From a virus (taxonomy: Duplodnaviria; Caudoviricetes): 58,741 nt of DNA. The notes under the pieces were generated by a model. That model ran no database searches. It worked only from the letters and a program-made list of their open reading frames with translations, and had not been told where the DNA came from. Shown piece by piece: positions 52,889-58,741 of the stretch (its first letter is position 1; every line of letters starts with the position of its first letter). Position numbers and translations under genes: made by a program. Location of the stretch: positions 1-58,741 of IMG/VR virus record IMGVR_UViG_3300037761_000042; one strand, given 5' to 3'.

Positions 52889-53112
52889 TTTCTAACCACC
52901 TCTATTCTAGTTTTAATTTCTGTTAGCACATCTATTTTATTTTTAAGATTTTCAACCGCTTGTATATCTAGCCGTAAATGTGCCTGTTTGAGATTGTATG
53001 TTGCAGATAATAATTCTTTTGTTATATAATCTATACAAATTTGATTATCCATTTAAACCTCCTTAAAATCGTTTTAAATCACTTTTTACTTTGTACCCTA
53101 GCAAACATATTA

Positions 53113-53640
53113 CTAATCCCATTCTGTCTGTTCTAAAAGGTATTTTGGACTTGCTGTGGGTATTTGAATTGTATTGTGTAATATAAAATTCTCAACATCC
53201 CATTTATAGTTAACTTTTTTCAAGATTCCGTTTATTTTGATTCCAAATCGTTCACACCACACTAAAGGAATGCTTTTTCTTTCGCCATCTGTTATAAAAT
53301 CTATTACATTTGTGGCTGGTATAAAAAATGTTTGGCCAACATCGGCATAATTGACGATAAAACCTGCGACAATGTTTTTATATGTACTAGCTTTTAGTAA
53401 TTCGTCTAATTGGTTTTTTCTAATAGCCGATAGTGGTAAGCTTTTACCTTTATGTGATTTAAGTTCTAACAAATATAAATTTTGTCCATCAAACATCTCG
53501 CAGTCACACATATTAGATTGCTGAAATCTTGTATTCCCTTGGTCACCCCACGCACTCGTGCCATCTCGAAATCTGTAGAAAAATACGTTGGGTGGTATAC
53601 TGTCTTTCCATTGTTGTTCAAAGCGCTTACCACTGTTCAA
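53113..53640 (-). CDS. recU: RecU-like Holliday junction resolvase
   Basis: NSGKRFEQ, CDC, LLELKS, IRKNQL..L; probable TTG start. Confidence 0.75.
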   Translation of the reverse strand: MNSGKRFEQQWKDSIPPNVFFYRFRDGTSAWGDQGNTRFQQSNMCDCEMFDGQNLYLLELKSHKGKSLPLSAIRKNQLDELLKASTYKNIVAGFIVNYADVGQTFFIPATNVIDFITDGERKSIPLVWCERFGIKINGILKKVNYKWDVENFILHNTIQIPTASPKYLLEQTEWD

Positions 53641-53773
53641 AATATCACCATCCCAACTAGCAAAATATATACTAGACAAACTTTTAGCCAATCTTTTTTA
53701 TCATTGCAAAGCATACCAGCTACAAAAAATAGTAAATTTATTAATGTAATTCCGCCTATTTGAATTGGATCAC

Positions 53774-54136
53774 TCATTTTGTAACCTCCTTGTACAAAGG
53801 AATTGTTTCGCATTTATCACAATCGTTACAGAACTCTTTGCACTCTTTCTCTCGTTGTTCTAGTTCTTTTATAGCTTGTTCTAGCGCATAACCAGTATTT
53901 TCATAGTCAATTCTTAAACATTTAATTTCTAGTTTTAGCAATTCGTTTTGACCTTTTAATCTATCTATTTCGGTCATTTCGCACCCTTGCTCCCGTTCCA
54001 GTTTTTCTGTCAAGGCTTGGATTGCTAAAGCAAATGTATTCAAAACTATATCTCTAATTTCTTCGTCTTTCCCATCAACTCTGTTCCTTATACCTTGTAA
54101 GACTTCTATCGCCATTTCTAATTTAATCTCGCTCAT
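53774..54136 (-). CDS. Hypothetical coiled-coil protein
   Basis: 120 aa; AIE.L...ALAIQAL.EKLER. Confidence 0.6.
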   Translation of the reverse strand: MSEIKLEMAIEVLQGIRNRVDGKDEEIRDIVLNTFALAIQALTEKLEREQGCEMTEIDRLKGQNELLKLEIKCLRIDYENTGYALEQAIKELEQREKECKEFCNDCDKCETIPLYKEVTK

Positions 54137-54321
54137 TCTAACCCCTCCAATTCATACGACTTCATACGACATATTTAATTTGCATCTTTTGCAAGTGCTG
54201 CACGGCTCATCATCAAATTCGCTGACTTGGTATCCTACACATTTATCTCCTTGTTTTTCCGGACTTCCTAACTCAAATCTATTGCTTTTGATTAGCCCGC
54301 AATTTTCAATTGTTCTTTTAT

Positions 54322-54870
54322 TCATTCTCCCTCACCTTCCGCCAATGATGGCATGTTAAATTTATTTGCCAACCCCTGTATAATCTGCTTATTGCTGCTC
54401 GGTAGCACTTGATACTCTTTTTCTTGCTTGACTCTAGCTGTATAACTTCGATGGAAATTACTACTTACAACGCTTTGTAAATCTTCTGTGTCCATCTGTG
54501 CCCATTCTCTTAATTGATTTGGGCTACCCACAAGCCGTTGTAATATCGGTGGTAAGTTGTCAAAATTCTCTTGTGCGTAATAGTTAGCCGATTGAATTGC
54601 TTTATAAACTTTGCCCCATGCTTCGAGTTCTGTCATGTCGGGCTTACGTGTGAGTAGAAGGATTTTTTCTTTTACATCTGCGATAGCTGGTGCCCATTTA
54701 GAGGTTGCTAACAGTGCATAAATTGCCTGTTCAACTAACTGTACTGGTTCTTCTTTAAACATAATCACCCATAACTTTATTGCAGCATCTATCTCAGAAT
54801 CATTTTTATAAAAGTTAGGATAAGCAGTTTTTAATATTGCAAGTACCTTTGTTGTTTCAAATTCATTCAC
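54322..54870 (-). CDS. Replicative helicase loader/inhibitor (SPP1 G39P-like)
   Basis: ETTKVLAILKTAYPNF, W...F, P.IADVK, EAW..V..AI. Confidence 0.8.
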   Translation of the reverse strand: MNEFETTKVLAILKTAYPNFYKNDSEIDAAIKLWVIMFKEEPVQLVEQAIYALLATSKWAPAIADVKEKILLLTRKPDMTELEAWGKVYKAIQSANYYAQENFDNLPPILQRLVGSPNQLREWAQMDTEDLQSVVSSNFHRSYTARVKQEKEYQVLPSSNKQIIQGLANKFNMPSLAEGEGE

Positions 54871-55669
54871 TTTGCATCTCTCCCATCTTTTTTAATCTGT
54901 CTAAAAATGGATTGCTGCTTTGCTGCGGTGGATTTTGATGTGTAGTGGTTAGTTTGTCCTTCTCGTTCTTTTCCCACGTCCTAACACAAGCCTTCCAATC
55001 CTTTAGTTTTGTCTTGCCTCTAAACCAGTTACTGGATGCGTAATGATTTACAAACTTTTCAGCATCAACAGTGTTATTTCTTTCTTTGCAATATTCCTGG
55101 ACTTGTTCAATTGTTGGTGGGATGAATTTGTTATTTTTAATAGGTTTTTCGGGTTCATCCACGATACGTGGTACGAAACGTGGTACGATACTGTCATTGT
55201 CATTGTCATTGTGTATGTCATTATCATTTTTATATAGAGACAACATTTCTCTAATAGTATTAATAGTTTCCCTATCATCAGTGGAACCACATATTTTACA
55301 ATAAACAATTCCTAACAGTGAAGTATCTTTTACCAGACTAATATCTTTTGTGATGCAGTCTATTACTGGTTTTCCACCTTTTACAATTGAATATTTAAGG
55401 TAGTTGAATATAGCTATTTCTTGGCTTTCACTTGAATACGCAATAACCTTATATTTACTTTGAAATCTTTCTAACAAGACATTTACTGTGTCTAAGCTAT
55501 AGCCTGTTTCAAAAGCTATTATTTTTCTAGGAAGTTTGTATACTCCCAGTTGTCTTGTTTGTGGATTAGTTAAAAGATACAACCAAAAGTATTTATCTTC
55601 CGGCGAATAGTTATCAATTACCTTTTCGTCTTTCCAAAAATCGGTATCAACTATTCTTTTAATCCCCAT
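54863..55669 (-). CDS. Phage replication initiator
   Basis: RIVDT.FW.D.KV, DKYF.LYLLTNP, F.PPT.EQV.EYC.ER, DWKA.VRTWE. Confidence 0.85.
   Translation of the reverse strand: MGIKRIVDTDFWKDEKVIDNYSPEDKYFWLYLLTNPQTRQLGVYKLPRKIIAFETGYSLDTVNVLLERFQSKYKVIAYSSESQEIAIFNYLKYSIVKGGKPVIDCITKDISLVKDTSLLGIVYCKICGSTDDRETINTIREMLSLYKNDNDIHNDNDNDSIVPRFVPRIVDEPEKPIKNNKFIPPTIEQVQEYCKERNNTVDAEKFVNHYASSNWFRGKTKLKDWKACVRTWEKNEKDKLTTTHQNPPQQSSNPFLDRLKKMGEMQSE
55161..55209. repeat. Iteron-like repeats inside the initiator gene (candidate origin)
   Basis: ACGATACGTGGT-ACGAAACGTGGT-ACGATAC, then TGTCAT x3. Confidence 0.6.
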
Positions 55670-56228
55670 TTTCATCACGCTGCTTTCTCCTGTTAAAACA
55701 GATTCCGCCGATTTTATTAAAAACCAATGTTGCGCTATCTTTTTTCTTGGGATCGTAATATGTTTGAATAGAAATCATTGCGCTGTCATAGACTTCTGAA
55801 AATCCAAACTCTTTTATTTGTTTTTTACAATCATTTCTGCCATACTCAGAATATTTATGACCTGTATACTCATTTAAAAGATTTTCGATTTCATTCACTT
55901 GTGTATCTAGCAGGCTGTTTAGTTCTTTTTTCCATTTCAACATCATATCTAACTGAGATCGTTTTTCATTTAAATCTTTAAGCTGCTGCTGTTGTTTTTT
56001 TATTACTGCATCATCAGATATTTTTCTCTTTCCTTTACCCCTGTTGCAATCAAAACACGATGTAAGTAGATTCATTATGTCGTTGTCTCCACCTCTTGCA
56101 ACTGGATTAATATGGTCTACTTCTAAAACAACATCGGGTGCCATTCTCCCGCAATATTGGCAAGTAAAACTATCTCTTTTAAATACTTCAAACCTTATTT
56201 TTTTACTGATTGTTTTACGCTTTGTCAA
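55659..56228 (-). CDS. HNH endonuclease-domain protein
   Basis: RFEVFKRDSFTCQYCG, LEVDHINPVARGG.N...NL.TSCFDCNRGK. Confidence 0.9.
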   Translation of the reverse strand: MTKRKTISKKIRFEVFKRDSFTCQYCGRMAPDVVLEVDHINPVARGGDNDIMNLLTSCFDCNRGKGKRKISDDAVIKKQQQQLKDLNEKRSQLDMMLKWKKELNSLLDTQVNEIENLLNEYTGHKYSEYGRNDCKKQIKEFGFSEVYDSAMISIQTYYDPKKKDSATLVFNKIGGICFNRRKQRDENGD

Positions 56229-56268
56229 TTTTTAATCACCTACCTTCGTATTTCCGCTATATTGCGAT

Positions 56269-57807
56269 CTAACTCAACTGCTTATTATCTTCATAAATCT
56301 GTGCTATTTCAGCCTGTAGTAGATTCTTGAAGATTGCAGCCAGTACTGTTGAAACAATACTATTGCCAGCTTGCTTATATAGTTGTGAGTTACTAACCCC
56401 TGCATCTACTGCCTTTTGATAATCCTCATCCGTAAATCCCATTAATCTCCAACATTCTTTTGGGGTGAGTTTACGGATTCTATAATTTAGTAACACTTTT
56501 GGTTGCCTATTTCCACCTTCCATAGTTGTAAGTGTTGGTGATATCCCCTTATCCGAATAAACTCTTTTAATACAATCCATTCCCTTTATGTCGAGTTCGC
56601 CTATTTGCAGAACTTTTGCGTTATCAGTTCTAGCTAGTACCGTTGGAGAAATCCCTTCGTCGGAATAGACCCTCCTTTGACGCTCATTGTCATTTATATC
56701 TTCTTTATCAAAACTTCCTATTTGTAATATCCCATGCCTATCCTGGCTTGTAAGTGTAAAACTCGGGTCGCCATCTTCTTTAAATCGTCTGCCGTTTTGC
56801 CTTTTCTCTACTCGATCTGGTGTTATGCAAGGAACGCAAAGCATATTATCTTTCAGTACAGTTGTTAAAGTATTAGCTATTCCATCTGTTCTTGGCGTTG
56901 GTATTCTCATGTTCCCTATTTTTTCATCAACTAATCCTAATTCGTACTCTTTTCTAATTTCTTTGCCATACTCAGTTCTTTCAAATCTCATTACATTCGG
57001 TTCTATGTAAGGAACACAAACCACTTTTTGGTCTTTATAATCTCTAGCACATAAAGCATTTACATTATCTTTCCATCCTACCGTTCTGTGTTCTTTTGAA
57101 CTTAAATTGTAACTAGCCAGAACATCACCTTTAAAGTCTGGTAAAATTCCTTTGTTCCCATAATTAATCTTACTTATCATGTGTTCAACTTTCTCCTGGC
57201 TTATGTAATACTTTTCGTCAACTTCATCTTCAAGAAAATCCTTTAGCCTAAGTCCATTATCAAAGCCGATTGGGAACTCATAACCCTTGTCTACATCTGC
57301 CCTAATTGATATTATAAACACTCTTTCTCTGTTCTGAGGTATTCCATAATCTTTAGCGTTTAAAACCTTGTGATAGTTGTTATAGCCTAGTTCTTTAATG
57401 TCTGCTAACATCTGTTCGAACTCTGCTTTAAACTTCTTTCCAGTGAGGTTTTTAACATTTTCTATAATGCTATACTTCGGTTTTGTTTCTCTAAGTATTC
57501 TTAACCCTTCATAATAAAGACCAGACCTTGTCTCTCCCTCAACTATTCCGGCTTGTTTGCCAGCCACTGAAATATCTGTACAAGGGAAACCCCAAACTAA
57601 CAAATCTGCATATGGTAAATTTCTTCCCCATACTCTTGTAATGTCACCTAAGTTCTTTGATGGATCCACTCCATGAACCGCACAGTAACTTTGTACTGCA
57701 TACTTATCAACTTCGCAAAAATCAACTAATTCAAACGGTATATGTAAATCTCTTAATGCAATCTCAGGTGAACCAATTCCACTAAATAAAGTTCTAACTT
57801 TTAACAT
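56269..57807 (-). CDS. DNA (cytosine-5) methyltransferase with a long multi-TRD variable region
   Basis: LFSGIG, GFPCTD.S.AG, ENVKNL, PQNRERVF, RKLTPKECWRLMGF, YKQAGNS. Confidence 0.95.
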   Translation of the reverse strand: MLKVRTLFSGIGSPEIALRDLHIPFELVDFCEVDKYAVQSYCAVHGVDPSKNLGDITRVWGRNLPYADLLVWGFPCTDISVAGKQAGIVEGETRSGLYYEGLRILRETKPKYSIIENVKNLTGKKFKAEFEQMLADIKELGYNNYHKVLNAKDYGIPQNRERVFIISIRADVDKGYEFPIGFDNGLRLKDFLEDEVDEKYYISQEKVEHMISKINYGNKGILPDFKGDVLASYNLSSKEHRTVGWKDNVNALCARDYKDQKVVCVPYIEPNVMRFERTEYGKEIRKEYELGLVDEKIGNMRIPTPRTDGIANTLTTVLKDNMLCVPCITPDRVEKRQNGRRFKEDGDPSFTLTSQDRHGILQIGSFDKEDINDNERQRRVYSDEGISPTVLARTDNAKVLQIGELDIKGMDCIKRVYSDKGISPTLTTMEGGNRQPKVLLNYRIRKLTPKECWRLMGFTDEDYQKAVDAGVSNSQLYKQAGNSIVSTVLAAIFKNLLQAEIAQIYEDNKQLS

Positions 57808-58046
57808 TTGTTACCCTCCCTCAAAAACCCCTCAATTTCCTTCCTACAACTCGCAATATTTCCACTAGCTAACACATCACGCAATATCGTTTCTGCTGTC
57901 TCTAGACGGTTTAGAAGCTCTAAAGCGTAATCAACTATTGCACCATCACCAGCACAATCAAATCCAGTTTTTTGAAACGAACATTTATTACACGAATCAA
58001 AAGATAAACAATTTCTAAAATCCTCTAATTGTTTTTTATTTAACAT
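57801..58046 (-). CDS. Hypothetical protein
   Basis: 81 aa with Cys cluster; SD AGGAGG. Confidence 0.6.
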   Translation of the reverse strand: MLNKKQLEDFRNCLSFDSCNKCSFQKTGFDCAGDGAIVDYALELLNRLETAETILRDVLASGNIASCRKEIEGFLREGNKC

Positions 58047-58210
58047 CTAACCCCTCCTAATCATCCTTATCCGACCAAATTTATTATCAAACCATTCTTT
58101 TAACTCTCTCCATTTAACCGCAAACTTTTTAGATATGTATTGTGCTGATTTGACTAGTGTGAATGTTAGTAGAAATATAAAGGCTAGTGCTGATAGGATT
58201 ATTATTGTTT

Positions 58211-58639
58211 TCATAAGGTTGCCTCGTAAATGTTTCCTATTACTTCGTAATCATCTTCACAATAATTAATGTCGCCTATCCAACAAATTCCTTTGCCGTT
58301 TTCTTCGCCAGTATAATTTGAGTAAAAACGACTATCTATATCCTCTAAAGTAAATGAACCGTTTTTAAACCCCACTCTTGCAGAAAAATTTTCTTCTACT
58401 TCATTCCCGTCAAAAAACCAGTGAGTGCATTGAACAATATCCCCCTCATAAATCTCCTTGCCGTTTTTGTCTGTAAGGCCTGTGAATTGTAGTATTTCAT
58501 AATACTCAGTAACATTTAATCCATTACAGTATATTTGTCCTGCACTTAAATCAAAATTTAAGCCGTTTGTGTGGCTGCCAGTAAAACTAGGATTGCCAAA
58601 CGGATTCTTGTGCCATAGTTTAAACTTAATTTCTCTCAT
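58211..58639 (-). CDS. yopX: YopX-family protein
   Basis: MREIKF, QFTGLTDKNGKEIYEGDIV, EVIGNIYE. Confidence 0.92.
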   Translation of the reverse strand: MREIKFKLWHKNPFGNPSFTGSHTNGLNFDLSAGQIYCNGLNVTEYYEILQFTGLTDKNGKEIYEGDIVQCTHWFFDGNEVEENFSARVGFKNGSFTLEDIDSRFYSNYTGEENGKGICWIGDINYCEDDYEVIGNIYEATL

Positions 58640-58741
58640 AAGTCCTCCTTCGGGGCGAATTGAATCACCCCATATTAGTGAATTTTGGTTTACATAACTA
58701 AAACGGTAACTCAGAATCGATTTCAGAATCCGTCATATCAA
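58615..58741. repeat. Terminal 127-bp direct repeat, right copy
   Basis: Identical to 1-127. Confidence 0.95.

Overview
The window looks like a complete, circularly assembled ~58.6-kb temperate siphovirus of an AT-rich Firmicutes host, probably Clostridia. Bases 1-127 repeat exactly at 58615-58741. Almost all genes are on the minus strand. Modules: replication/recombination (Gp157, Sak4-like ATPase, SSB, initiator, G39P-like, RecU, C5 methyltransferase, YopX), lysogeny (cro/cI-like pair, Rha, large serine recombinase with a readable attP), lysis, HK97-type head and non-contractile tail. The main feature is a ~14-kb sugar pathway at the start of the late operon, interleaved with terS and ending just before terL. 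It encodes PseB-like, DegT/PseC-like, GNAT, formyltransferase, NeuB/PseI-like, SpsF/PseF-like, Gfo/Idh/MocA and B12 radical-SAM enzymes plus a Maf-type flagellin glycosyltransferase. Many virion proteins are very Ser/Thr-rich. Together this suggests the phage O-glycosylates its own particle with a pseudaminic-acid-like nonulosonic sugar (inference). Other notable items: an AgrB-like peptidase, a 31-aa peptide and a membrane protein directly upstream of the lysis genes; four copies of a three-way-junction RNA leader whose loop pairs with the downstream Shine-Dalgarno; a 46-aa gene with a LexA-type box facing attP; three RHH-containing counter-strand cassettes; and a combinatorial 12-bp coding repeat. 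All family calls come from motif recognition by eye; no database searches were run.
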